A DNA stretch of 64,000 bases from Ramazzottius varieornatus (GCA_001949185.1 BDGG01000004.1:335620-399619); one strand, 5' to 3'. Positions 1 through 12,249 are shown, counted from the first letter of the stretch. Program-made: numbers and translations. Notes: generated by a model from the sequence alone, not told the origin.

Positions 1-489
1 GCAGTTAGAGGAACAGTTGGCACCTCGGTGGGACGTCTTGAAAGCAAATCTGAGGTTTTGAAAAACTTTTGGGAAGAAATACCCACGAAAAAGCTTAGTT
101 GGACCGTTAGTCGGATTTCTTACGCACTCGAGTAACAGCTCATATGCCTTACTCGGGAACTAAGCACCGAGCACATTAGTGGGTTCAGTCGGTTCGGCTC
201 CGCCCACGTGCTCCCTTTCAATTGGCTCATCCCTACGATAATCCGACTTTTTGCTCTGCTCGAGCGCCGTATCAGCCTCTGGACTCTGCTCGAAAGATGA
301 CAGAGAGGCTGGTTCCGGGATGACCCAACCAACTGAATAAATTTATATCTCGAAAACTGTAAAGCTCAAGTCAATTATGGTGGCCAACATACAGACACAT
401 ATGGACACATTGAACTATATCCCTAGACGGTTTTTGTTGGGGTTGGGAATGATCTCGCCTGAAGAAACTCGACTGATAACGTCTCTGAA

Positions 490-1895
490 CCGTCATGGGA
501 CAGCCGGAAGATCTACCACCTAATGAGTAATCTCGTGGCCTTGATTCCAAACATGCTGGTAAATGTACTGTTCTTCAAATCCCCGGCAACCAGAACGTCG
601 TTCAACATTTTCCTGGTTAACCTCTGCATTTCGAACTTGATATTCTGCTACATCTTGTACGTCGTGAATGCAGTCGTTTTCCGCTACCTGATTTACTTAG
701 GCGGCGCCTCACGGAGCAACTGCCCATTGTTTGTGGGCTGTGACGTGGCCAAACTCACACCGGCACTCTCCTGTGACCGGCAAGTCCTTCCGATCCGCAA
801 TCATTTGCGTGGTAATGCGAATATATTACTGTGCTACTGTACGTCAACTGTGGGATCAATCCCGGCATCGTTATAGACGCGTTCCGTACACGAAGATCGC
901 CATTCATGGAGGCACGTCACTACGCCAGAATAGCAAACATTCCATCTTACCCTCTTATCAGTACACGCACGACCAGAAATTATGGACCAGTAAAAATTAT
1001 GGGCCAGGTCTTTTCGCTGCGGTGGTATGGAAGAACGCATGTACGCGACTGATTCGAACTGATACACTTGTAGACTCTTTTGTACGTTCGAATTTCTGAG
1101 TTTTCATCTTGTGTGTACACTTGTTGTTTTCGGCTTTCTTATGGTAATAACCATGTGTATTGTATACCCTTTTATCATGTACAGCGTGGTAAAGAAAGCT
1201 CCGTCCCAAGCCGTGCAGGTCAACACCTCGATTCCCGGTAGGAACCGGCCATTCAAGCCCCACGTTGCCTGCGCCAACTGAAAACCCTCTCATACATACG
1301 CGGATCCAGTTTACTTCCTGCGGACAACATACTGTACGAGGTAAACGACATAATTCTGCCGCACCTATTTTTGGGACGTAATTCTGACGACGTGAAATGT
1401 CTGAGCATTATCGTCAACGCTTGATTCATTTTTCATCGTACGCCTGTTGATACAGATTTAGGCTTTTTAACATTAGACCGTCCCCTCTTCCTCCCAACAG
1501 CAGTTTTTTCGACCCGAAACTTCATCTCATCCTAAAACCTATCCAGTGCTCTGGGAGATAAATTTCTCTACCTCGGTAACGGAAACCCGAGCGAGGTGGT
1601 ACAGTGAACTTAGAAGTAACCCGTCATAATTACGTCTCAAAAACGGGTACGGCAGAATTATGTCGTTTACCTAGTACTGCGAAGTTGCGCAGGTTTTCTG
1701 ACCCTATCCCTGCTGATCGTCATTATAGTGGTTTCGTTGCTACCTGTCCGGATTTTCAACACGCTGGCTGCGTTTGGCGTATACGTCCATATACTTCATT
1801 GCTGACACGCTGCACTCTTTGAGCCCCATTTTCGGTCCGCTCTCTTGCTTGCTGAGCGTCAGTAGCTTTCGCGGTGCCGTCAGACGTGCTGTTTG
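490..1895 (+). pseudogene. Class A GPCR pseudogene (local family), frameshifted and interrupted by a MITE
   Basis: TM1-2 'NLVALIPNMLVNVLFFKSPATRTSFNIFLVNLCISNL' (523-), 'INPGIVIDAF' in another frame, and TM6 'FLTLSLLIVIIVVSLLPVRIFNTL' after 1676 all match the paralogs at 15655 and 32161. Several frameshifts and stops. Boundaries approximate. Confidence 0.85.
1335..1676. mobile_element. Mariner-like MITE family A, copy 1 (TA TSD included)
   Basis: ~55-bp TIRs TA|CGAGGTAAACGACATAATTCTGCCG ... CGGCAGAATTATGTCGTTTACCTAG|TA. Homologous to 14270-14620. Confidence 0.9.
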
Positions 1896-2352
1896 AATCT
1901 AACTGCGGTATCTAAAACAGATATTGAAATGATTCTCGTTTCCGCAACGTGAAGGAAAGAAGCGAAGAAAGCACGGTCCTCCCAAGCCGGACCCGGCCTC
2001 TTGTTTCAGCGTACGAATTGGTATGGCCCCTGTTTGGAAGAGCCTTCGATCCATTATACTGATCATATAACTTTTGGGATCAGTCCTGGTTTGCTACAGA
2101 GCATTTTGGGTACATTTTGGCTCCAGTAAAGGTTCATATGTGTGGTTCATGTACACGCACGGTGGGGTAGTTTGGGCCAGTAAGTAGTTTGGGCCAGACG
2201 GAAAAGACGGCAAACTTAGATTTTGTATGGAAGCCAGCAACAGAGATCGGACTAATGTCGTAACGCAGTAAAATTCAACCGCAGAAAATTGCTGTGGACA
2301 ATGGCCATCAGCTGATCAGCTGTTTTACTCTCACACTTCAAAGCTGCAGTGC

Positions 2353-4539
2353 ATGGCTACTCGCTTTTCTCTCGGAGAAGCCCTGGAATCGTTAGCTCGA
2401 TATTCTTTCCGTAAACGTTTCTCCAAATATCCCAGCCCTTCAAGACCAAGAAGCCTCGGCGATACACCGAAGAAGCCCTGAAGGATGCGTTGTCTGCTGT
2501 CGAGAATAGAATGAGGCTACGCGAAGCAGCTCGAGTTTTCAAAGTTCCGCGCAACACCGTCTCACGTTATGTGCAAGATACGAAGGCACGTAAGATGGGT
2601 AAAGAAAGAAAGCTCAACGATTTTGAGGAAGGGCTGCTGGTTGATCTGCTCAAAAAATTCGGAAATACTGGATTTCCTCTCAACAAAACCCAGCTGCACA
2701 TTTTTGTGACGAAATGGGCATTGCGAAAGGTACAATAATTTTTCTTGTCGAACGTTTTATAATATTAATTTCGAATGCTGATCTTTGTCAGGTGTTGGGA
2801 TAATTTTCAGTAAGGAATGGAATCGGTGTTTCCTCCAGGAACAGAAAGAAATATCCCTTCGACTAGCCTCAAACGTTGACAGGAAGAAAGCACGAGAGTG
2901 GACTGTCGGAGGCGTGGAATCATGGATCGAGCTTCTCGCGGGCTAAATGACCAAGGCTACCTGTCAAATCCGGAAGGGGTCATCAATCTTGGTGAATCTG
3001 GCTTCGTTCTGGGTTTTGAAAGGGAGAGAGTTTATGCGGAGAAAGGGAAAAAACATGTGGTTCCATACACAGAAGGCTCAACAAGAGATCAAGTGACAAC
3101 GCTGTTCTGTGGAAACGCAGCGGGCCGGATGTTCAAACCTTTGGTCCTGTACGACGGAGTACTGCATTTGGGTAGCATTTATGATAATACCAACGACAAG
3201 CTCTATGTCGCAGTCAATCGAAAGGGCGTAATGGATCACAAGGTGCTGACGGACTACTTCCGGCAGGAAATGCTGCCGAATGCTCCCGACAAAGTAAGTT
3301 ACGCTCTGCTGGCAAATATAAATTCCACGTTATCTATTTTATTTGTGGTTCTTTTGCAGTGTGTTGTACTTATGGATGGTCACTATAGTCACGTCACAAA
3401 CATAAAGCTCTTCAAGCTTTGTATCGAGTCCGGTAAAGATATATGTCTCATATGTCTACCTTCCGGTCAGACGGACAAGCTACAACCGCTAGATAGCTGA
3501 CCATTTGGAACCATGAAACCGAAGTGGAAGGCTTACAAGTTCTTCCATCGTATCAACCCGCAGTTTGACGTACGACTAAATTATTGCAGTCTGTTTGTAA
3601 AAGTTAACTCATGGACAAGATTTTGACACAAGGACGTACCGAGGTCCCTGAAAGGTCCGCGATTTGGCCGTTTCCCTACGAAGCTTTCATTGATTATCAG
3701 TCAGGGTTGTGCCGGGCACGGGTCTGACAGGCAACTTCGTAGAAAAAGGGCTAACTCGCGCACGTTTTAGGGACCTTGTTTTGATACAATAGTTCTGACT
3801 TTCAGATTACTCGGAACACCTTCCCAGGAACTTTGGCGGAGCTGTGGACCCCAAGAGCCAGCATGTTTTCCTTCGAGTTTGAAGCGTCATTGAAGAGTGG
3901 TTTTCGCAAGACTGGTGTCTTCCCTTTTTCCCCTGACGTCATTCGTAGAACGGTCGATAAAGAGCTGATCAAGTACGACGAACCTTCCTTACCAGTGTTG
4001 AACAGAGAAAGTTCCCCGATGAAGAAATTAGCAGCCATCTTACGTTCCGACAAGGTGAAAATGGATGACACCATGGTCGAAGCAAGCCTTGAGTCGATCG
4101 ACCACATCCGGTCCGGTTACAAAAGCGTGGCGGATACGGTTCTGTCTGCTGCAGGCACGGCGTTCGCTTTTTCTAAGCCGAAAAAGCAACGGAAGGCGAT
4201 ACGCGGATTGCGCTGGAAGCAGGCAGAAATATGCTCAATAGTGAGTATATGGACGTGATTGAGCAGCGTCTGAAACTGCGAAAAGAGCTGAGCAAAACTA
4301 CACCGAAGTCCCTTGGAGCGACGAACAGAAAAGGGATGGCCCGCGAACCTTTGCCGTCTGCTTGCCTTCCAGTACCGGATATTCCTTCCACATCTAAACC
4401 GAAGTCCATGCCTAAGAAAAGTCGCAAGAAAGTTTGCTCACCTGAGGAACCTTCCGCCTGCCCTTTGTCGAATGCTGATGTGGGTACGTTCGTACCAGCT
4501 CCTCCAAAGAAACGTATTGGGTCGAAGAAAGTGCAGTAG
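2353..4539 (+). pseudogene. pogo-type transposase (HTH_psq + CENP-B HTH + DDE_1), three introns, inactivated
   Basis: 'YTEEALKDALSAVENRMRLREAARVFKVPRNTV', 'VVLMDGHYSH', 'LPSGQTDKLQPLD', 'SGFRKTGVFPF'. GT-AG introns at 2730-2791, 3294-3359, 3570-3805. First catalytic D appears as G (NLGESG); stop at 3498-3500; frameshifts. Confidence 0.88.
3640..3778. mobile_element. Small MITE inside the third transposase intron
   Basis: CGAGGTCCCTGAAAGGTCCGCGATTTGGCCGTTTCCCTACGAAG and CTTCGTAGAAAAAGGGCTAACTCGCGCACGTTTTAGGGACCTTG form imperfect ~44-bp inverted repeats. Confidence 0.65.
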
Positions 4540-5141
4540 GTTCGCTTCGCTGGTTGTGACGACTTTGATTTCTGATTGTGATTGTAAACAAAGATTTCAT
4601 ATCTGGAGTATCTTGTTCTCGTATGTGCTTATGGTAGGCTTGTTCCGGCAAAAAAGGATTTCAATAAAAGTGTCATGCTTCGAGCTGCTCGTTCCGATAC
4701 CCAGCACGAACGTGCAACAGTACTACCAGTAGTGCTCTTTTTTACACGAAGCAAGAAACTCCTGCCCGTGCCGCCGTAGCGAAACGGCCTGGCCCAAACT
4801 ATTTACTGGCCCAAACTATCCCACCGTGCGTGTACAGTATGTAATATTCGTGTCCCATTGACATGTATGTTGTATGTTCAGTATAATGGATCGGAAGCTC
4901 TTCCGAACAGGGGCCCGGAAGTCTGGTATAAATGGTAGAACGATTCTTATTTTGCTCTGTCTAGCTAGTCGATGTTTCATCTGATCAGCTCGCGGAATTA
5001 TACTGGCACCCGTTTTCAGTTCAACTAACCATCGTTCTTCTCTACATCTGCCATTCAACACTAAACTTTCCGGCTTTGGTGTCATGGGCTTACTAAATCA
5101 GATGGAGCAATAGTGCAATGATCCCTATCATACGGTAGCTG

Positions 5142-5392
5142 CAGCCCTGCCGCTGTGAAATAGCCAATGTGACAAACAGATGGTGCCCCGTATGCAGTGC
5201 CCGTCATGTGACTTTCGGCTCGCAGTCGGTTCGGTTAAATCAGACGAATTCGGCTTTGTGTACTAGTACGTGACGGTTCAATGGGATCAGTATACGTACA
5301 CGGCTAACGCATCAGTTTGAGCCGTGACGCCAAGCTGTGAATTGCCGTTCCTCAGGTGTTTGTCACATTAGAATTTTCCAGCGGCAGGGCTG
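5142..5392. repeat. Inverted repeat / MITE with ~40-bp arms
   Basis: CAGCCCTGCCGCTGTGAAATAGCCAATGTGACAAACA versus TGTTTGTCACATTAGAATTTTCCAGCGGCAGGGCTG. Confidence 0.65.
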
Positions 5393-5552
5393 GCCAGATC
5401 GTGGCATTTTTACGGTAATCTCGCTGCGAAAGCGAAAAGTTTGCCGGATGTGGGGATAGAACCCATATCGCCCTCTTGCATGGCGGGCGAGCAGACCACT
5501 GCGCCATCCGAGGCTTACAGTTATCGCAGCTCGATTTATCTCTAGGCCTTTC

Positions 5553-6178
5553 AGACCTAAACTTTCCTGTCATTACAACACAGTAGACCCTCTCCTACCT
5601 CATGTACGTCGCTTGCAGCTTTTCTGAATCGGACTCTTACGTTACATCCATGGTTTCTAAGGTGATGTCAACGTTTCAAGCATAACATAGCAGTTGATCG
5701 AGTGATTTTTCTTTAACCGGAATGCAAGACAAGAGCCGTTAAGAACCAGCAGACGCCTGTCCTCAAATTCAACCTGCAGACGGACGCCACAAGGAGTACA
5801 ACCAGTACATTCACTTTGAGTTTCTCAATCGGTGCTCGCTGGAGCACCGATTGAGATTCAGAAAAGCTGCGAGCGACGTACATGAGGTAGGAGAGGGTCT
5901 ACTGTGTTGTAATGATAGGAAAGTTTAGGTCTTCCCTTCCTGCGAATTTTTTGATACCAGGCAAGAGGGAGTTAGTGACGGACTGGTGGAGATTCGGCCA
6001 CTAGAAGCTGATGGAGTTTTTGCCGGGTTTCCGACCGTTTTAGCCTGATATCTTTCAATCAACTGCGGTGTTACGGTTGAAACGTTGACTTTACACGTAG
6101 TAACCATGCATGTGACGTACGAATCCGATTTACAAAAGCTACGAGGGACGTACCTGAAGTTGGACCGGGTCTACTGTG
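5553..6178. repeat. Compound foldback: long-TIR element (5581-6178) plus a recent ~78-bp inverted duplication
   Basis: 5553-5630 is near-perfectly inverted at 5855-5932. A more diverged inverted arm of ~5581-5720 lies at ~6030-6178 (CACAGTAGACC...GGTCTACTGTG). Confidence 0.75.
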
Positions 6179-6548
6179 AGGATATCGGGGCTCTTGTCAT
6201 TACCATGGACGGTTCGTATCGCACCCCAAGTTACACTTTTTATCGTTGGTGATTCTCTTTTCGGTACCTAAACACCTTGTGCGATAGTGTTAAGTGGATG
6301 CCACCAGAAACTGGAAACTTGACAGGCCATCCGACAAGAAAGTCTAAAGGGCGGAGCACGAGGGCAATACTGGAAGGGCTGCACCGCGTCGATTTTACAT
6401 TCCTGTGACAGTTCTCGTTCTGAACATCTGTCGACTACTCGAGTTGCTTCCCGGATGCCTTCTGTCAAACAGCGTCTACTTTCTTCTACTTTCAGCTCAT
6501 TTTGACTGTCGCGGAATCCGGCCCAGCTTTTTACTAATCACAGTTCAC

Positions 6549-6626
6549 TATAGAAGACGCAGCTAAGCTAAAATAAGCCGTTTAGCGGCTAAAACGGCTT
6601 ATTTCAGCCCCGCCGAACCTACTATA
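6549..6626. mobile_element. 78-bp palindromic mini-element with 8-bp TSD (hAT-like)
   Basis: CAGTTCAC at 6541-6548 and 6627-6634 flanks TATAG...CTATA; central palindrome GCTAAAATAAGCCGTTTAGC-G-GCTAAAACGGCTTATTTCAGC. Confidence 0.7.
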
Positions 6627-7144
6627 CAGTTCACAGCCCCAACCATAAAGCGTGAAATCTCCTTATGGTGCCCAATCCGAAGCGATCACTCAGCAATACT
6701 GGACAAGTTCTTCACGGTGGAAAAATTGTATCTTGGTATGTTCAGACGACCTTATTTAATGGTATCTTCTTCGAAATTGCAACCAAGCTGCTATTTGAGA
6801 GCTCTGATGCATTATTCCAAAGCTCTTCTTAAAATGGATCTGGTCGTTTTTGAGGAGGTCATTTTCAAGCATCGCTTCCTGAATTAGTACAGTTGAACAG
6901 TTTTCTAGGTTGCTGCCAGAGGTTCGATTTATAAGTGGTTCGAAAACTGTGCTTCCTATCGGAAGCAGCGCCTGCCGCCTGGAGTGGCGACCTCGTAATT
7001 ATCAGTTGTTACATATTATGCCAGGATTATTTTAACGTATAAAGAGACCTGTTACGCTGTATATACACCATTCTGGATATCCTGGTGCTGAAGAAGACCC
7101 ATTGAGCACTAGTACCGTCGGGCCAAACGCCTGTGGTTCGAAAG

Positions 7145-8164
7145 ATGGACTTCAGATTGTTTAACCATACGGGGCTGTCTTTTGGTCGAAATAAATCGTT
7201 CTGGATTCATAACTCCAATACCACATTGGCCGGGAGTGGTGGTTATTGGGGTTTTGTTGCCAGCTACAACCTGGTAACCCGAAGCATGGCCTTGGTGTTG
7301 AATCTTATTCCGTTATTTGTCTTTATACGCTATCGGACCGCGCGAACCTCGTTTACAATATACGTCATCAGTCTATGCATGGTCAACGTGATCGTGGTAG
7401 TTGTGGGTCAACCCCTGGCTGTAATGGAAGAATGGAAAATCCTCGGTTCTCCCCAACCTAAGATTCTTTGCTCGTTCATACGCTACGTGAACGTCATTCT
7501 CTTGGGTTGGGCGTACAATAGTCATTTTCTCATCGCTGCAAACCGTTTCTGGACAGTATTTTTTCCACTTTCTTTCCGAAGGTTCCATCTTGAGAACTCG
7601 CTGATCAAACCATGGCTGCTTTGTGTTGCCATGTGCGTAACGGTGGCTGCAGTTGGACTGACCGGACTAATTCGTGACCTCGTACGTGGAGGGAGTCCCG
7701 AAGACGGACTCAGGTGCTCGTACACGCCCAGTGGATTTCTTACGTTGCGAGCCATTTCTTTATATGTCCTATACGTTTTCCCGCTGCTCTGTTCTATCCT
7801 GCTCTATGTTGCGCTTTGTCACCGGGTTTTCCGAATCCTTCGAGCGCGCCGATTGAACATCGTTGTACCGAAAACCATTGGGAAAATGCAACAACACCGG
7901 AGCCACGGGCCCAGTGTAGACCGCTCTGAGCAGATGCGTCGAAGCATGCTGTTGACAGTATCGTTGTTAATCGTGAATATCTCGATTACACTGGTGCCGG
8001 CTAACATTTATTCTGTGGCCCTTCTTCACGACTTCCGCTACAAGCCAAACTTCTTCGTGGTTCGAGTGCTGAATGCTTTATGCCCTGTAATCGATCCAGT
8101 GTTGTTTCTGATCACTGTGAAGAATCTTCGACAACCGTTGCGGCTCTGTTGTTGCGAAAGCTAG
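7145..8164 (+). CDS. Divergent class A (rhodopsin-like) GPCR, intronless, intact
   Basis: Seven hydrophobic segments, N-terminal NxT/S sequons, TM3 'SHFLIAANRFW', TM7 'VIDPVLF', C-terminal CCC. First ATG at 7145. Confidence 0.85.
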   Translation: MDFRLFNHTGLSFGRNKSFWIHNSNTTLAGSGGYWGFVASYNLVTRSMALVLNLIPLFVFIRYRTARTSFTIYVISLCMVNVIVVVVGQPLAVMEEWKILGSPQPKILCSFIRYVNVILLGWAYNSHFLIAANRFWTVFFPLSFRRFHLENSLIKPWLLCVAMCVTVAAVGLTGLIRDLVRGGSPEDGLRCSYTPSGFLTLRAISLYVLYVFPLLCSILLYVALCHRVFRILRARRLNIVVPKTIGKMQQHRSHGPSVDRSEQMRRSMLLTVSLLIVNISITLVPANIYSVALLHDFRYKPNFFVVRVLNALCPVIDPVLFLITVKNLRQPLRLCCCES

Positions 8165-11100
8165 CATCCGATAGGCTCTTTCATACGGCAAAATTTCGCA
8201 CGACAGAAAGCGAGATCTCAGGAAGTCGAACCCACCACTCAATTTTTCGTGACAACGCAATCACTTCGGCTGACCTAATATCGTCAATGGGTCATGATTC
8301 ATGAAGCGTGCTAACTATCCACTTTATAATTTACTAAGGATGGCACGTAACAAGTTACTACACTTGATCAAGATGCATCGTCGAATAACGGAATCTTCTG
8401 GATCGAGTTCGCACCAATTAGAGTGCAGGTAGCGTTACGAATCTTGCGATACCTGATTACCCATGACCGGGCGTGCCGCACACGTTTATCGGATAACCAG
8501 CCGCCGGATAATATTACAAATGCTTGGCGCGCCCGATTCTCGATGTCCTGGACGCCTGGAAGCTTCTTACCGTATTGGATAGGACGCCCATCTGCGCTGT
8601 CCCTCCAGCATTTTGGAAGAGTCATACAGATTCTTGCAGATAAGTCCTTAAACGCTAACATACAACGATTCCAAGATGACATCAGTCGGTCTCTTTCGAG
8701 CCTGTGATGTTGATCCGATGCTGGATGGGACGTGGACCGTCGTATTCGAGCCTCCCGTCCAGACCTGAAAACCCAAGTCGAGACGTGACGTGTTATTCTT
8801 TTTACACGTTTACAACTCATCAGTCAACCGGTCAATTGATTCTTTCTCGCACTTAACATCCTGCAGTGTCAGACGAGCCTGAAGATAGGCCCCAAGAAGT
8901 TTTTTAAGTAGAGTAAGGTGTCATCACATACTGACGTACCCGTATCACAACTATTTCAATTTTGTACGGAACAGATTATTTGATAATATCGACATTAGTC
9001 CTAAACTCACCAATGTAATCCCAGCAAGTAACATGCGACGATTTCCCGTTGATTTGAAGAGTACAAAGCCCTGCATCGTGAAAATTTCCGACTGGGGTCA
9101 CTGGGCACTCGCTGCTCTTCTGCTTCATGGCGGATAGGATAAAGCAGAGTGCGCTACGCGGAGCTCTTATATTTACTGTGCATCACAGAAACTACTGTAC
9201 AGTCAATGTCAGGGATCCTCGTACGACCGTGATTCTCTTTGAGTTGCTTGCGTCTTCTGAACCCGTAGTCTGGTTTCGATAGCTTGAACATCGTCTTGCA
9301 AAGCCTTCGGAAACCCTGTAATGGGTCTTCAGGCAAACTTATATATATTTTGTAAACATATATTTCTGTATTGTGAACATTGAGACCTTACGGAGTTCAA
9401 ACCTCGAAGGCTGTCTTAGCCAGAAGGCCTGCCTTTCACTGCCTGTGATTGGTAAATTCACAAGTATCCAAGTTCAAAGCTGGAAAAAAGTAAAGTCAGG
9501 TGGTGAGTGTGTGATGCCTCAGTGGTCGTACCCGTCGACTTTCGTTGACTAAATAACTTTGGGCTTACAGGCAGTCCTTGACTGTTGCGATTCAGCGCTG
9601 CTGGTGGACATTGCGCTGCGCTGGAGGTCTCTGGGTTAGATCCAAGGGACATGCGAATTTTTCTCGTACCAAAAGAGGTGGAGCAGTTTGCGCCAGGCTT
9701 TTGCCAGGCCATTGCTTGGACGATACTTCAGGTCAAATAAAGGTTCGGGCCAGGAATACGTCACCGGCAGTCTGATGACGCCTCCAAAGGTGTGGTTTGG
9801 ACCTTAAAAAATGTTCAAAGTCGAAACTTGATTTCAATTCCCGGGGAGAAAATTGCCTGTTTGAGTTGGTAAGTGCTCTCTGGCTCAGTGGTATGGCAGC
9901 TGTCCTCAAATTAGGTGTTTTAACCCTTGCCTTGCAGCTCGTGGTCGGATCCGCGGTCAAACTTGCCTCATCGCTTCTTTTTCGCGTTTTAAACGGTGAA
10001 ACCCACTGATCGACGAAACCTGGTGGCCAGGACCGCGCTCGACCAGCGAGCGCGCGATACGTTTCAAGGCGGGGAATAAGTGTACGCACCAACCCGCGTG
10101 GTTTTTTGATCTTCGAGCTGCTTGGCTTGAGGCCAGGTTTCTTGTCGCTCGAGAAGTCCTGTATTTAAGCAAACTGCTAAGCTGGACGCCAGGACCATTT
10201 TCGTACGAGTTTTCGCTTGTTTAATGATTTTTGCACGATCTAATTGGTCGATGCGCGCTCAGTCACTGAGTCAGGCGTGCGTTGGTTTTTGCTGCCAATT
10301 TCCCATCACGCGACAGTTTTATGGGAAAGCCCGAACAGCCAAAATGTACCCCAGGCGTTACTGTATCGACTGCCACAAACGAGATCTCCAAGAGAATTTT
10401 CGCAAAAAAATTTTCCGTACAGGTTCCACGACCTTTTTTGCAACTATTTATACGGACGAAATGCTTTTACTTACGGTACACGCACCTGCCCTAAATGTGA
10501 CCATGGACGAAAATGTAGGCCACGGAGCGAAAGCGGTGCACCGATTGATTTAACTAGGGGGCCGTATTCGCACTGTGGCGCACAGTTTTGTCCATGCCCA
10601 CGTTTGGGTCAGGTGCATGTATTTCTCCTTCTTTCTCACTCGATTCCTGTGAAATAGTTCAAGTCGGATGTTTGGAGTTATTTTGAAAAGCCGAAACAAC
10701 CTAAACTGGTAGCGAAACCAGTTCTGCCATGTGTTTTGCCCTGCGCGTTTATCCGAGGAGAGCGATGTCCGCATGGCCAGCATCATATTGCGATGATTAT
10801 TTTCTAAGTTTGGTGGGCGACAACAGCTTTAGTGGGTTTCAATAATTAATTACGGTGGGTGACAGTAGTCTTTTTGGGTTTTAGTGGGTGACAATTCCGA
10901 TTAACTAGCGTGTGCTTTACTGAACGAACGCGGAAGTGACTTTGCCGGAATGGAGGCACCCGTAATTCGGATGCGAGGCGAATCCGAATGCCACCTTTAT
11001 TGAGCAGGGACCAGTACAGGAAATGTAGGGTGGGCGGGTGGAAAAAAAGTATTCTCGTGTAGCGATACGAGAAGCAAACGAATGAAGTGAAGTTTGCTCG

Positions 11101-11393
11101 TCGGCGAGAAACATCTTCGAGAAGAATGTAGGCTATGTTGTACAGAGAGGAGGAAGTAGAGATAAGGAACCCGATATCGAGAACGAGAAGCCAAATGAAG
11201 CATGACAATGTGAAATAGCGTGAGCTTACACGAGTAGAAAGGAAGGTGCGGTGTGATGGGAAAGGCAGTGGACAGCACACGTTAACTAAAATTAAATTCA
11301 ATTCAATCTTAATTACAATACCGTACGAGTAGTTCACACTTCCAATCCAATTGATCACGTATACAAGATGCATTCCAATTACACGGCACTCAA

Positions 11394-11414
11394 ACATACA
11401 TACATACATACATA
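11394..11414. repeat. (ACAT)n microsatellite
   Basis: acatacatacatacatacata. Confidence 0.8.
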
Positions 11415-12249
11415 GTTTCATATGAATTTTCTTGCATTCTTGTTGAAAGATACGCGTAATCGACAAAGCAATAAAGTTTCTATCCTAGACGAGTGAATAA
11501 TGTGGGTCTGGGTTGTTTGATGAACAGTTAGTACTGAGCTCGAGAGCTTGGGCGAGGAGCACAGGGTCACAACCGCGAAGGACTGGCAGACTCCAGACGC
11601 CCGGCACGGCTGCGGTCTGTCCGTAGGTAGCATGAGCGTGATAGCTTTTTGGTGATGGCTTTTTCTGGGGTCCGCATGAGGTCCGGTCGGAAAGTTGCGG
11701 CATCATTGTCGAATCAACCAGCAGGTCCGAAGCGTGTCCGTATTCGTGGGAGTGCACCTCGAGGAGTTTAAAATATCAGCAAAATGAAACAACAATATGT
11801 ATGAATGTCGTGTGAAGGTTGACAGCCGGTCCGAGCGGACTTGGCTCAATTTGGGGTGTTGTAAGGCAGGCGCGATTGAGGTACAGTCCACTCGCTCGAG
11901 ATATGTACATCGCTCTTCGAGTTCTATTTGGCACCAGTCAAACGTTTAGCGTACAGCTTACCAAAACCGGAATAGAGTGACGTCAACAGCTCGGAAACAA
12001 TCAATCTGAATGAAATCAACTATTTGGTTTCCACCATGTGCTTCCGCAGTGTGAATGAACAAACAATCAAGCATGTTTATAGCGAACGCTCCTGTGTTTA
12101 CGGTGATTTTGGAATTTTGAAATTGAAGCGCGGTGTACACGTCTCGACCGAGTGGACTGTATACCGTTTCCACGTCCAGTGGGAATGTACGGCATGGCGT
12201 GTGCGAGCCAGTTCTTGCGTGATCACCGAAAAGAAGATACCGGTCATGA

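Larger units (their letters stand above)
2154..4832 (+). mobile_element. pogo/Tigger (Tc1-mariner superfamily) DNA transposon, decayed
   Basis: ~44-bp TIRs TA|CACGCACGGTGGGGTAGTTTGGGCCAGTAAGTAGTTTGGGCCAG ... CTGGCCCAAACTATTTACTGGCCCAAACTATCCCACCGTGCGTG|TA with TA TSD, enclosing a transposase. Confidence 0.92.
2025..4915. mobile_element. Short MITE (~210 bp, GGCCCC termini, possibly PIF/Harbinger-type) split by the pogo element
   Basis: GGCCCCTGTTTGGAAGAGCCTTCGATCCATTATACTGATCATATAAC at 2025 is the reverse complement of GTTGTATGTTCAGTATAATGGATCGGAAGCTCTTCCGAACAGGGGCC ending at 4915. No clean TSD. Confidence 0.8.

Noticed and set aside
10846-11466. 206-aa hydrophobic ORF
   Set aside because: Runs through a microsatellite and T-rich UTR-like sequence; no family motifs.
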